In this document: one piece after another, positions 1 through 10,500 of the stretch
How the letters are laid out: each line of letters begins with the position of its first letter
How positions within the stretch are numbered: the first letter of the stretch is position 1
Assembly: GCA_025359845.1 (NCBI GenBank)
Contig: JANYDT010000056.1
Coordinates: 1 to 57,403 of the forward strand
Reading direction: 5' to 3'
DNA length: 57,403 bases
Source: Acidimicrobiia bacterium
GTDB taxonomy: Bacteria > Actinomycetota > Acidimicrobiia > Acidimicrobiales > JANYDT01
The notes under the pieces: model-generated
The model's database searches: none
What the model was told of the DNA's origin: nothing
What the model saw: only the letters and a program-made list of their open reading frames with translations
Program-made: the position numbers and the translations under genes

Positions 1-140
1 TTGATAGCCAAACTTATCGAGTTCGTCATCGACTATGACGCGACGGCCGGTCCGTTCAAATGGACTTACGCCGCCGACCCTCTGGTAGCATGAAATAGCA
101 TGAACTGCGACGCGCGCGTTACTTACGCGACGGTGCACTA
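1..140 (+). mobile_element. 3' end of an IS630-family insertion sequence (transposase C-terminus, stop at 91-93, terminus ending ...GGTGCAC-TA)
   Basis: Frame 1 reads LIAKLIEFVIDYDATAGPFKWTYAADPLVA*, resembling the IS630 C-terminal PF.WT motif. Bases 20-141 match the reverse complement of 57282-57403 at 120/122 positions. The element ends at the TA of a CTAG, typical of IS630 targets. Confidence 0.8.
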
Positions 141-960
141 GGCGTCTCGGGCACGGTGGTCGTCTCGCATCCGCTCAACGACGAAATCGCGCTCTCCGGG
201 TCGACCACGGTCCACACCACCGTAGGAGGCGATGTGTACCAGTTGTCCAATCCATGAGAGCCGGAGACGGCCTGAGTGATCACCGGCGGGGTCGTGCCGC
301 ACGGTCCGGTCGCCGGGTGAGCAGCCACGTAGGAGGCGACGCTGGCCGGGTCGCCGACGACGAGCGAGAACAGGTCGATCCGGCCGCCGAGGGGCCCGGG
401 TACCCAGAGGTAGAGGTTTCCGCGGACGACGTTCACCACTACTGCAGCGCTCAACGACCACCCCTTTGACGTGCTCGGGGTGATCTGGTTGCGCACCGTC
501 AGAGTGTTTTCGGCCCCAATACCGTCCTGTACCCCCAGATTGAGAGTCGACGCTCCGCTTACACTGCACCCCAACACGGCCCATCGGTACACGTCACCGG
601 CGAGATAGGAGGGCATAGATGTCTGGGCTACCCCGTTCACGTACGCGCCCCCGAGGGCCTGGGAGGTGTTCCTTAGCACGCCGTGCCCGTCTTCGATCGT
701 CGGCGTGTTGACATAGCTGCTGAATTGCGCGGGCGTGAACGTGAACAGTGCCGGGACCTGCGTGGGGCATCCGACGGCGTCGACGTTCTGACCCGCGACC
801 GACCCGGGGCAGGTGTCCTGGGCGTTCAGGATGCCGTCAGCGTCGGAATCCAACCCGAACTCGGCCGAATCGATGAAGATGTCCTGGCCGTTGGGCGAAG
901 CCAAACCGGCCAGGCCGGTCCCGCTCAATTCGATCGGATTTGTGAACGTGCAGGACGTTG
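119..960 (-). pseudogene. Fragment of an extracellular protein (TSP3-like Ca-binding motif and start of an Ig/HYR-like repeat), truncated by the IS
   Basis: DSDADGILNAQDTCPG..VDAVGCP motif; TTPPVITQAVSGSHGLDNWYTS.. repeat broken at ETP|S by the IS end at 140. The frame is open upstream of the called TTG (TSCTFTNPIELSG) and overlaps the TIR gene end. Confidence 0.6.
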
Positions 961-1599
961 CAGCGCGACGGCGGCGAACGCGGCGCCGCTCGCCGCGAGA
1001 ACGAAGGCGCCGATGGCGAACTGGGTGCGCGGTATTCCCAGGATGCGTTGGCCGATGGGGCCGATCTGGTCGATCAGTTCCGCCATGCCCTGATCGAAGT
1101 CTTCGGCCCTGGTGTCGTGCAAGGTTCGGGCGTTGTAATCGAGAAGACCGCGGATTCTCGGGGGCATATCCCCTGCTTCCGGAAAGGATGCCTCGCCCAC
1201 GAGAACCAGGATGATCGTGATCGCGTCGCGTCTCGACAAGCCATGCGCAATCTCACCGGCTACATAGTCGTGCTCGTCCTCGAGCCGTTGCTTACCATCG
1301 GCGCCGGTGACCGTTGCCCATTCAGGGCCGATGACGACCAGTTGAACGTCGCAGCGCTCGAGGTTGCGCAGGATCGAGTCGGCGAACATTTCGCCCGCAT
1401 GGATCGTTTCCGTGTCCTGGAAGACCCTACGCCCGCCGTAATAGTGCTGGAGGCGCTTGCGCATGGCGAGCACGTATCCGGCGCTGTCGGACCGCCGATA
1501 GGTGATGAAGATCCGCGGTAGCCGCCACCACGGCCGGTTCCGACGCGGTGTCGCCGGTGTCTCGTCGGTGGCCGGTGTCTCGTCGGTGACCGTAGCCAT
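925..1599 (-). CDS. TIR-domain protein (TIR_2-like) with C-terminal transmembrane helix; probably frameshifted or fused at the 3' end
   Basis: IFITYRRSDS...VFQD...I.AGE.F...CDV.LVVIGP.W...DYVAGEIAHGL (conserved Glu kept), followed by hydrophobic FAIGAFVLAASGAAFAAVAL. Confidence 0.85.
   Translation of the reverse strand: MATVTDETPATDETPATPRRNRPWWRLPRIFITYRRSDSAGYVLAMRKRLQHYYGGRRVFQDTETIHAGEMFADSILRNLERCDVQLVVIGPEWATVTGADGKQRLEDEHDYVAGEIAHGLSRRDAITIILVLVGEASFPEAGDMPPRIRGLLDYNARTLHDTRAEDFDQGMAELIDQIGPIGQRILGIPRTQFAIGAFVLAASGAAFAAVALQRPARSQIRSN
1553..1588. repeat. 18-bp tandem duplication (TDETPA x2) in the TIR N-terminal tail
   Basis: gccggtgtctcgtcggtg occurs at 1553-1570 and 1571-1588. Confidence 0.9.
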
Positions 1600-1800
1600 G
1601 GAGGGGACCTTAATGAGCCCCCCGCCTTAGGACCCGTCGCCACTACCCGAGTAGCACCTCTTGTATATGGCTGATGAGTCGGGTTGTCTGTGAAGAACCG
1701 GAACCGAGTTCGCCGAATCGAGGAGCCCCCTCGTCCGCTCGGAAGAGGAGCCTCCCATGGACTTGACGATGGCTGGCTCGGTAAGTGAGGGTAAACGAGG

Positions 1801-2412
1801 CTACGACGAAGCCGTATGAACGATGAGTTCGGCGACTTTGCCTGCTGAGATCGCGTCGGTGTTGATGACGATGTCGTAGTGGACCGGTTCTTCGGACCCC
1901 ACGCCGTAGAAACGTTTCAGGTAGTCGGCGCGGCCTGCGTCATTGGCCCCGATCGACTTGGTGGCCTTCTTCTCGTCGAGCCCCTCCGCGGCGGGGAGCC
2001 GACCCACCCGCGTGGCGGGCGACGCCGTGACGAGCACTCGCAGGACATCGTCGCGCCCGGCGAGGGCGTAGGACGCGGCGTGCGAGACGATGACGACGTT
2101 GCCTTCGTCGGCGGTCTCGTTGATCGTCTGGCGGATCAACGCACGGAGTGACCCGGGATCTTGCTGAAGGACGAAGGGAACGAACGCCTCGGCGTCCCCG
2201 ACGGAACCGAGGTCCCGCAGGATACGCTCGAGAAGCGACTTCCGTCGCTCCACGTCAGCGAGATCGTTGGGATCCAAGTTCTCCTTCTCGGCCGCCCGGG
2301 CGACGATCTCTTCGTCGACGAGGCGAAATCCCAAACGGTCGGCCACGAGGCGGCCTACCTCATGCCCTCCGGCGCCTGTGGCATGAGAAACGCAAATCAC
2401 TGTTCGGGTCAT
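1801..2412 (-). CDS. Cytidylate kinase-like family protein (P-loop NMP kinase fold)
   Basis: VICVSHATGAGGHEVGRLVADRLGF..VDEEI; GNVVIV; D..RA.Y...FYG; HYDIVINT. Confidence 0.85.
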   Translation of the reverse strand: MTRTVICVSHATGAGGHEVGRLVADRLGFRLVDEEIVARAAEKENLDPNDLADVERRKSLLERILRDLGSVGDAEAFVPFVLQQDPGSLRALIRQTINETADEGNVVIVSHAASYALAGRDDVLRVLVTASPATRVGRLPAAEGLDEKKATKSIGANDAGRADYLKRFYGVGSEEPVHYDIVINTDAISAGKVAELIVHTASS

Positions 2413-2626
2413 GGCGAGACACTAAGCGTGGAGGATGGCCGGGTCAAAGAAATCGCGAATACAACACGATGGCCTGCAAACCGGCCGAGCGCACGTCCTG
2501 CGCCGTCGTCCTCGTCAGGTAAACCGGAGAGCGAGTTGAGTAGCCGTCCGCTACCCTGGACAAACACGCGGGTCCTATCGGACGAAGCGGGATCAAATGC
2601 GAGACGCAGGGGAGGGGGTCGGCAGC

Positions 2627-4411
2627 ATGCAAGTCCGGCAAACCCCCTCAGACGGTCCGACGACCTCTGCCCCAAACCCTGAGATCGAGGCCCACACGCG
2701 GCCAGAGGATTTCGTGCGGCCCGAGATTTTGCGTCGCATCGAAGAGCGGTACTGGCGGCCCATCCAGGAGGCGACGGCGCTCGAGGCGCTGCTGGCCGAC
2801 GAATCCTTTTTCGCCGATCCGGGTCGCCACGTCGGCCTGTATTCCGATCACGGCATCGTGCACGTCAGTGACGTCGCCGGCCGGGCCGCACAGCTCACGG
2901 GGGTCCTTCACGGTCTCCTCATCGCGCCGCGCTCGCCGCCGCGGCTGCGCTTCGTGCAGGGCTGCGCGGTACTGCTTGCGTACCTGCACGATATTGGGAT
3001 GGCACCGGTCAACTCGGAGGGGCGCAAGGTTCATGCCCAGTTCGCCGCCCAGTGCGCCTTTGCACAGGACTTCGATCCGATCGCCGATGAGCTGTGGTCA
3101 ACCGACGCCGGCGGCCTCCGTTCGCGTATCGAGGAGGTTGGCGCCGTGGCCCCGTTTTCCGTGCTGGGGCCGCTCGTCGCCCGCGAGGTCCTGTCGCTTG
3201 CGCTCGCTCATAGCAAGTCGGCCGTGCCGGGTCACGTCCTCGACGCGCCCGCCCTCCTACGCCAAATGATGCAACGGGCCGTGTTTACGGGACTGCCCGC
3301 GCAGGCGGCCGCGCCCGCGTCCGCTTTGATCGAGTTAGGTCTTGATACGACGGCGCCCAGCCCTGTCGTGGCCCGATATGCCGACCAGGCGTTCGACGCC
3401 GATTCGGACTCGTTCGCGTGGCTGGTCGGAACACACCCCGAGACCCGAGCATTTGTGGAAGACGTGATCGACGCCATCCGGGTGCTGCGAGCCGCGGATG
3501 CGCTCCGCCAGCGAGGGACCACCCATCGCACGAGTGCCGGCTTCGAGGTCTGCACCGATCGCGAGCATGGTTGTGCCGTGTTCGCGATGCGCACCGCCGA
3601 CGATCGGATTTCGGTTCTTGTACGCGACGACAACCCTTTGAGCGGTGCAGAGGCGAATCTGCGGGTTCTCGACCTGACGCCTTCGGGCTCGTTGCGGGTG
3701 GCGTTGCACCGTGCACGGTTCACGCCGGGCGAGACGACGCAACGGGTGGCGCGGCGCCTCGCCGGCGTGATCATCGACATCGAATTGGACGCCCTCGGCT
3801 CGTTCCGGCGACCCCCGGTGTCTTCGTCGGCCGAACTGCTAATCGAACTGGTCCGGCCGCACGATGAACCGTCGTTCGCCGAACTCCTGCGCGACCATCT
3901 GGTGGCGAGGCAACCATCGTTGTCCGGGCGCGTCGTGATCGTTGACGAACCGAGCCGCCCCCCGAGCCCCGAATTCATTGACTGGAGCGTGCGCGGCAAA
4001 CCGCTCGAGCTCGGCGAAGCGGCAGCCGCGCGATTGCTGAAGCAGCTGAACGCGCACGGCTTCAACACCGGGTCGATGGACCGGCGCACAGCTTTCGGCG
4101 GCGTTCGCCTGACCTCGGTCACTGCCGGTGAGCAAGTACTTGCCTCGCACACCGAGGCCTCCGTCGTGCTCATCCCTCTGGGTGTAGGCCTTGTGGTATT
4201 CCCCACCGGAGGCTATCCATCGCGTGTCCACCATCCGTGGCTGCCGATAGGGGTCACCGGCGTCGTCCGGGGCGCGGAACGCAACGCGGCCGTCTTCGCG
4301 GAGCGAGATCTGGAGCTGATCGCAATCCCGGCCGAAGTGTTCCTGTCCGAGTGGTTCCGTCCTTACGAGGTGGGCGAGATGCGGGTCGCCGCGAGCCAAT
4401 GGCGACGCTGA
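2627..4411 (+). CDS. HD-domain metal-dependent phosphohydrolase with C-terminal cyclic-nucleotide-binding-like domain
   Basis: SDHGIVH...LLAYLHDIGM...H...AH...RAADALR HD signature. C-terminus TAGEQVL..VVLIP..PIGVTGVVRGAERNAAVFAERDLELIAIP fits a cNMP beta-barrel. GGAGG precedes ATG 2627. Confidence 0.75.
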   Translation: MQVRQTPSDGPTTSAPNPEIEAHTRPEDFVRPEILRRIEERYWRPIQEATALEALLADESFFADPGRHVGLYSDHGIVHVSDVAGRAAQLTGVLHGLLIAPRSPPRLRFVQGCAVLLAYLHDIGMAPVNSEGRKVHAQFAAQCAFAQDFDPIADELWSTDAGGLRSRIEEVGAVAPFSVLGPLVAREVLSLALAHSKSAVPGHVLDAPALLRQMMQRAVFTGLPAQAAAPASALIELGLDTTAPSPVVARYADQAFDADSDSFAWLVGTHPETRAFVEDVIDAIRVLRAADALRQRGTTHRTSAGFEVCTDREHGCAVFAMRTADDRISVLVRDDNPLSGAEANLRVLDLTPSGSLRVALHRARFTPGETTQRVARRLAGVIIDIELDALGSFRRPPVSSSAELLIELVRPHDEPSFAELLRDHLVARQPSLSGRVVIVDEPSRPPSPEFIDWSVRGKPLELGEAAAARLLKQLNAHGFNTGSMDRRTAFGGVRLTSVTAGEQVLASHTEASVVLIPLGVGLVVFPTGGYPSRVHHPWLPIGVTGVVRGAERNAAVFAERDLELIAIPAEVFLSEWFRPYEVGEMRVAASQWRR

Positions 4412-4870
4412 GCAGTCCACATCGGTTGCTGACCCTGGAGCGCGTGGCCCTGTTTCGCCACCTCGATTTCTTCAGCGGCGCGCCGGGTCACGTGTTAGCG
4501 GCGGTGGCGGTTGAGGCTGACGAAGCGGTGTTCGCGCCCAACGAGATCATCATGCGTCGAGGAGACCGGCGACTCCCTCTTCGTGGTGGTGCAAGGACGC
4601 ATACGCATCGAGATCGGCGGCCATCACGTCGAGGACATGGGCCCGGGGTCGGTCGTCGGCGAGTTGGCCGTGCTCGTGAGCGAGCCCCGCTCGGCCACGA
4701 CTACGGCCATCGATGAATGCCTGTTGCTGCGACTGCGGAAGGCCGTGTTCGACGAGCTCCTCCTCGACTACCCCGAGGTCGCTCGGGGCGTCATCACCGC
4801 CTTGGTCCGCCGGTTCCGGGAACGCGATTTCGGGGTGGGATCGGACTCTTCCGACACAGGTACGTTATGA
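4399..4870 (+). pseudogene. Stand-alone cyclic-nucleotide-binding (Crp-like) protein with a frameshift near 4560
   Basis: The N half (MATLSS..LTLERVALFRHLDFFS..EIIMRRG) and C half (GDSLFVVVQG..GPGSVVGELAVL..EPRSAT) lie in different frames. The break at cga-g-gag-acc is consistent with loss of a GA dinucleotide. Confidence 0.75.
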
Positions 4871-7536
4871 CCACCGGTCGGTTGCGCAGCCCGGTCGTCC
4901 TGCTCGCCGCGCAAGGCGTGGCCCTCGGCCTTTTGTGCGGCTTCGTCATCATCCCCGCGTCGGGCATCTTCCTCGCACGTTACGGCTCCAAGGGGCTGCC
5001 GTGGGTCTATCTGTTGGTGGCGGTCGCGGGCGCGGTCACGTCTCCGGCGCTTGCCTGGGCCCTTCGGCGGTGGTCGCTCGCATCAGTAAGCGTGCCCGTG
5101 CTCGCATCGGCGACCGCGATCGTCGCCGGAACCTGGCTCGGTCTCGAGCTGGCCGATGCGACGTGGCTCTCATTTGTGCTGCAGGTGAGCTTCCCCATGT
5201 TCCTCCAGCTCGGGTTCGTGTTCATCGGCGGCCAGGCCGGCCGCCTGCTCACCGTGCGCCAGATGAAGGAGCAGTTCCCGAGGATCGTTTCGGGATTCGT
5301 CGTCGGGTTCTTCCTTGCCGGTCTCCTCGCCCCGCCCCTATTGGCCATCGTCGGCGCCACCGAGCGCCTGCTGGCGGGTACGTGCGTGTGTGCCCTAGCG
5401 CTGCTCGGGCTCGTCCTACACACCCGACGCCTCTACCCCGTCGAACTCGCGGTGGTTGACGCACCTTCCATGGATACCCCGCACGTTTCGCTGCGCAGCC
5501 TGCTGGCCCGACGCTTGGTGCTATTGCTCCTCGGATACCAGGTGCTGTCGATGCTCGGCACTCAGCTCGTCGACTTCCTTGTCTTCGATTGGGCGGCGGC
5601 CCGCTACAAGTCGAGCGAGGACCTCGCACGGTTCACGTCGGTGTTCACCATCGTCTTGAACGTCGTCGATCTGGTGTTCCTCGCTTTCGTCGCCGGCTTC
5701 CTGCTGCGCCGGTTCGGAATGCGACTCGGTCTCGTGGTGAACCCAGCGGTCGTCACGGCGTTGATGGTGCTCGGCGTCGTGTCAGGGGGCGCTCTCGGCG
5801 TTGGCTCGATCGCGATGTTCCTCGCCGTGAGCGGTGGTCGCATTTCGGACATCGCATTGACCGACGGCGCGACGCGCACTGCAATCAACACCGCCTACCA
5901 TGCGCTGCCACCGGGGGAGCGTCTGGCCGTGCAGGCGACTGTCGAGGGCATCGGCGGGCCGGGCGCGATCGGGGTCACCGGCGTGATCTTGCTCATCGTG
6001 GCGCGCGGCTTCGGCGGCGGCCCGCTGGCGGTCACCGTGATCACCGTTGTCGTCGGGCTGGTTTGGACGCTGGCCGGCGCGGTCGTTTACCGGCAGTACC
6101 AGACGAGCCTCCGGGACAACCTCCGGAGTCGAGTGTTACGTCCCGTCGATCTCGTCACCTATGACCAGGAGACCGAGGCCGTTGTGCAACGCCTACTGCG
6201 AAGTGATCCGATCGATGTGGCCGTAGCGCTCGAGGTCATCGCCGCCCAACCCGACGCCGCGCAACGTCTCGCCGCACTGGCCTCGCCGTCCGGCCCGCCG
6301 GACACGACCCTCGGCCGCGATACGAACTCGGCGGCGCGCATCGGCGCGCTCCAACGCTTGAGTAGCCTCGACCCGATGACGGCGACGCGTCTCGCGCTCG
6401 GGGCGACCCACGATCCCGATCCCGCCATGCGCGCCGCGGCGGCACGGGTCCTGGCTCACACCGACGACCCGACAGCGCGGGCCGCCGTTTCTGCGAACGC
6501 CGATGATGGCGATCCGATCGTACGGCTGGCCGCCATCGTGGCGCACGTTCGCGACAACGTTCAGGCGAGCGATGCAATGCGAGAGGAGGTGCGCAGTCGG
6601 CTGCACGATGACGACATCGATGTGCAAGCGGCCGCCTTCCGCGCCGCCATGGCGATCGGTGACGAGTCGATGATGGCGTTCGTGGTCGGCGCGCTCGGCT
6701 CGGCGCGTACCGCATCCATGGCTTCAACGGCGTTGAAGAGTGCCCCTGACCGATACGGTGCGATCGTCGACTCGCGACTCTCCGATCCTCTCGCTGCCCC
6801 CGCCCATCTCGTGCGTCTGGTGCGGAGCCATCCCAGGGCCACCGACCCCGCTCTTGCCGCTGTGCTGACCCGTCACGCCGATCACCGGTCACGTGAGGTC
6901 GGGTTGGCCGTGCTGGCAGCGCTCGGGAGGGTCGCGTCATCACAGGATGGCGCCCGCCTGGTGGTGGCGGGCGCGGTGACCCGCGCCGATGCGGCCCACG
7001 CGGTTCGCGTGCTGCAGGTGCTCGTGGCCCTCGGCGACGCTCCCGAAGCGCAGGGTTTGTGCGACGCCCTCGCCGACGAGCTGCTGCTCTTGCGTCGCAG
7101 GGCCCTTGCCGCCATTGGCCTGGTCGGCGATCGTGGCGTCGTCGATAAGGCGACACAGTGGCTGGAGGGCCGAGACGATCGCTTGGCCGCTCTCGCGCTG
7201 GAGACTATCGAGGTTACGATACCGGCCGCGTTACGGTCGAGTGCGATACCGCTGCTGTCTGCGGGCCCCGACCATCGCCGCCGCCTGCAACAGCTGGCCA
7301 GAGTGATTCCATCGGCGGTTTTTGCCCCGGCCTTGGACGATGCCTTGACCGACCTGGTGGAGGATACGGGCGACGTGTGGCGGCGGCCCTGGCTGCAGGC
7401 CTGTGCGCTCTACGCCGCGGTCTTGCTCCACCCTCCGGTCGCGGCTCGCCTCGTGTCGTGGGCAGCAGAGAGGGCGCAGGATGGGCCCGTGCGCGAAATC
7501 GGGGCTTGGGCTAGGAAGAATGGCGCGCTTCCGTGA
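4867..7536 (+). CDS. MFS/NTT (Npt1/Npt2, TLC-like) membrane transporter fused to HEAT repeats
   Basis: Multiple hydrophobic helices with motifs IFLARYGSKGLPWVYL, RLLTVRQMKEQFPRI, AYHALPPGER..VQATVEG. The C half has DPDPAMRAAAARVL/DGDPIVRLAAI HEAT-like repeats. ATGA overlap with the upstream stop. Confidence 0.8.
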   Translation: MTTGRLRSPVVLLAAQGVALGLLCGFVIIPASGIFLARYGSKGLPWVYLLVAVAGAVTSPALAWALRRWSLASVSVPVLASATAIVAGTWLGLELADATWLSFVLQVSFPMFLQLGFVFIGGQAGRLLTVRQMKEQFPRIVSGFVVGFFLAGLLAPPLLAIVGATERLLAGTCVCALALLGLVLHTRRLYPVELAVVDAPSMDTPHVSLRSLLARRLVLLLLGYQVLSMLGTQLVDFLVFDWAAARYKSSEDLARFTSVFTIVLNVVDLVFLAFVAGFLLRRFGMRLGLVVNPAVVTALMVLGVVSGGALGVGSIAMFLAVSGGRISDIALTDGATRTAINTAYHALPPGERLAVQATVEGIGGPGAIGVTGVILLIVARGFGGGPLAVTVITVVVGLVWTLAGAVVYRQYQTSLRDNLRSRVLRPVDLVTYDQETEAVVQRLLRSDPIDVAVALEVIAAQPDAAQRLAALASPSGPPDTTLGRDTNSAARIGALQRLSSLDPMTATRLALGATHDPDPAMRAAAARVLAHTDDPTARAAVSANADDGDPIVRLAAIVAHVRDNVQASDAMREEVRSRLHDDDIDVQAAAFRAAMAIGDESMMAFVVGALGSARTASMASTALKSAPDRYGAIVDSRLSDPLAAPAHLVRLVRSHPRATDPALAAVLTRHADHRSREVGLAVLAALGRVASSQDGARLVVAGAVTRADAAHAVRVLQVLVALGDAPEAQGLCDALADELLLLRRRALAAIGLVGDRGVVDKATQWLEGRDDRLAALALETIEVTIPAALRSSAIPLLSAGPDHRRRLQQLARVIPSAVFAPALDDALTDLVEDTGDVWRRPWLQACALYAAVLLHPPVAARLVSWAAERAQDGPVREIGAWARKNGALP

Positions 7537-7580
7537 CACCGTCCGAGGGCAGGCGAAAAGGTTGTCTTCGAGGCATTCGC

Positions 7581-10500
7581 CTATTTGAACTTGAAGTTCG
7601 CGACGTGGGAAGTGCGGTCGATCAACACGACGAGCAGTTGGCGGCAGGTGCCAGCCCAGGCCTTGTCGGTCTTCCACACGTAGCTGTACTGGTCGCTTGC
7701 GGCGTCGTATGACAAAACGCTCGCACCCGCTGTTGACATCTGGTCTATCTCGCTCTCGGGCACACCCGAATCGCAGCTGATCTGGATCGACTGCGGGTAG
7801 CCCGCGGCAAAGATGCTCGATCCGTAGTTGCCGTGCAGGCTGAACTTCGCCGGGAGGGCGCTGCCGCCTTTCGCGGAATTTAGCGTTGGCGGGTTGTCGA
7901 CCGGCTGAAAGAACCCCGACCAGATCACCGTCGGCGCCGCGGACAACACGCTAGAAGAGGGCAGATACGTGGGGTCGGTGAGAAACGCCGGAGCGGCGGG
8001 AGGTGGGAAGGGGACGGTGCCGAGGAACATGGCGGTGAGCGTGTGGGGGCCGGCGCCGATCAGCAACTGCGAGACCACGGCCCGACCCAGGTAGTCGGTG
8101 GTGAGCGGAACGACCCAGGTCGGCTCCGCGCCGGCTATCACGAGATAGATCGTCCGTTGCGGGATTGGCCCGCCGTTGGCGGCCGTGAGCGTCGCTCTCA
8201 CACCAAGGGGCCCGGACGTGCCCGGAGGCGGCGTGAGCTCGAGCGAAAGCGCCGTGGGGCTCTTCTGCACCGACAACGGCGATGACGCCGACGAAGGGAG
8301 TAATCCGGGGTCGCCGGCGAAAAATGCTTGTACGTTCAGCGGGCCCGGCACGACGTTGAGTGGCAGCAACGCAGTGGCGACGCCGCTGGGGCTCGTCGTC
8401 GCGGACCCGCTCGACGAGCCCACCGCGAAGGTGACGAGCTTGTTGGCCACGGGCGTGCCGGCCGACGTCAGCACCGCCGACGCAGTGATGGTGGAGCCAT
8501 AGACCGCCGATGCCGGCGGGCTCTGCAGTACGAGCGCCGTGGCGACCGGGACGGGCGCGGTGGCGGCCGGCTGGGAGACGCCGTAATAGGCGCCGAGTGC
8601 GTCATCCATCGTCACGAGGCCGACACCGTTGGCGGCTTGGACCATGAACCGCAGCGCCGGAGCGAGACCCGCGCCGCCGACGAGGCGGCCAACCCAGCGC
8701 GTCGAGTCCTCGGGTCCGCAGCCGCTCGGCGGTGCCGTCTGCGGTGCCGTGATCACGCACTGGGCGAGATCGAGCGGCGCCCAGCGCGCCGGCCCGTCGC
8801 CGGTGTAGGTGACCCACACCTGCTGGATGCCCGCGGCGGGGTTGCCGGTGACGCTGGCCCGGAAGACGATGTCGCCGCCTTCGACGACCGCTGAGGCGCC
8901 GCTGATCGATGGCGCCGCCGACAGCGCCGGCGCGCTGATGTTCGCGCTGTAGTACAAGCGCATGTCGACATTGCTGAAGAGACGCAGCGTGCTCTGCGTC
9001 GAACCCGCGATCGCATGGTGCTGTGCGGGTGTCACGAGCAGGCGCGTGTCACCACCGGGGTTGCTGAGCGCGTCGAAGTAGTTCACGGTTGCGAGGCGCA
9101 TCGGGAAGAACACCGGTGACGAGAACGGCGTGTGCACGCCACGCAGCTCTGTCGTCGCCGCCCCGGTCAGCGGCGTGACCGTGCTGTCGGTATAGGTACC
9201 GCCCCGGAACCCCACACCGCGCAGCACCTTGCCGGTCACTGTCACGTTCTTGGAGACGAGCGGCACGGCCGGCTCGGCCGGGTTGGTGGCCACGCCGTCA
9301 GGCCCCGAGTAGTAGGTGGCTGTCACCGACGGCGTGTCGATGCCGGTGAGCGCCACGGTGTGGGGCGTCAGCGCGGCGGTCATCGACATGTCGGCCGAAC
9401 TCAGCCCCAGCGTCGAGCCGGGGTTCACCGTGAACGGCGTTGTGGCGCCGATGATCGACGGATCTGTTGGCGTGGGTAAGCGGCCCGGCAGGTTCACCGA
9501 CAGCATCGGTAGGCCAAACAGGGCGGCTTCGATCAGCGCCTTGCGGTGCAGGCCACGCGCGTCGGGCGTCGACTTCAGGTAGGCCTGCTTAGAACGCATG
9601 AGCGCCTGCCCGAACGAGACGGGCCCGGTGCCGTAGCGCAGCTGCAATGCCAGCCCGCTGTAAATCCGCTCGCTGTATTCGACGAAATCGGTGTCGCCGT
9701 ATTGGTAGCCGGTGCCGGCGATGAGCGTCGCCTTCTTGCGAGCGGCGGCCTGCGCCCAGTCGAGCGGCGCCGTAACGCCCGGAATGGCGTCGGCGTCGAC
9801 GATGTTGTACCCCGAGTGGCAGCCGGCGCTGAAGATCACCGTGTTCGTGAAGTCGGTCGCCGAGCCGGCCAGCTCGGTGCTCAGCACGCTCGTCGCGAAA
9901 TCTGCCGCGAGTGCGCTATTGGCGCTGAAGTGACCAGCGAGGAACACGAGATCGTGGCGCGACCCAAAGAGCTTGTCCCGCAACTGTGTCGCGGTCCACG
10001 CCTGCGGATCCTGGGGTGAGATGTTGTTCGGCGCTATCAGCGAGTCGACCGGATTAGCGCCCCCGATGCCACGAGCGAGATCGCCGGCGACGGCGTTCGC
10101 ATCATCGGCAAGGAAGTCGTACCCGGTGACGAGTGCCCTAGTAGGCTGCGCGACGACCCCGCCGGGCAGCGCGGTGTAGGCGTCGAGCATGCCGGACGCC
10201 TCTGACGCGGTCTCCACAAGGCGTCCGACCGCGAGATCAGGCGCCGGCAGCGTGGCGCCGCCTAGCGCGAGCGTGGTTGACGAGCCATACTCATCTTGAC
10301 CGAGCACGTAGTTGAGGCGAAGGCTGGCCTCCGATGATGTGTCCGTGCCGACGGGGGGTGTGTAGTCGGACTCGGGCCCGAGCAGGCCCTCGTCGGGGTA
10401 CCGGAAGAACGGGACGGCGCCGTCGGGGCCGATCAACACGACGTATTTGAGCGCCGGGTTTGCGGTGCGGTACGCCGTCACGATGTCCTTGGTTGCGGCG

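Noticed and set aside
1655-1800. CTGATGAG as a hammerhead ribozyme core, or GAGGAG-ATG as the start of an IS or gene
   Set aside because: No stem II closed by GAAA can be built, and the ATG frame runs into the convergent gene with no recognisable product. It could be a remnant but I cannot support it.
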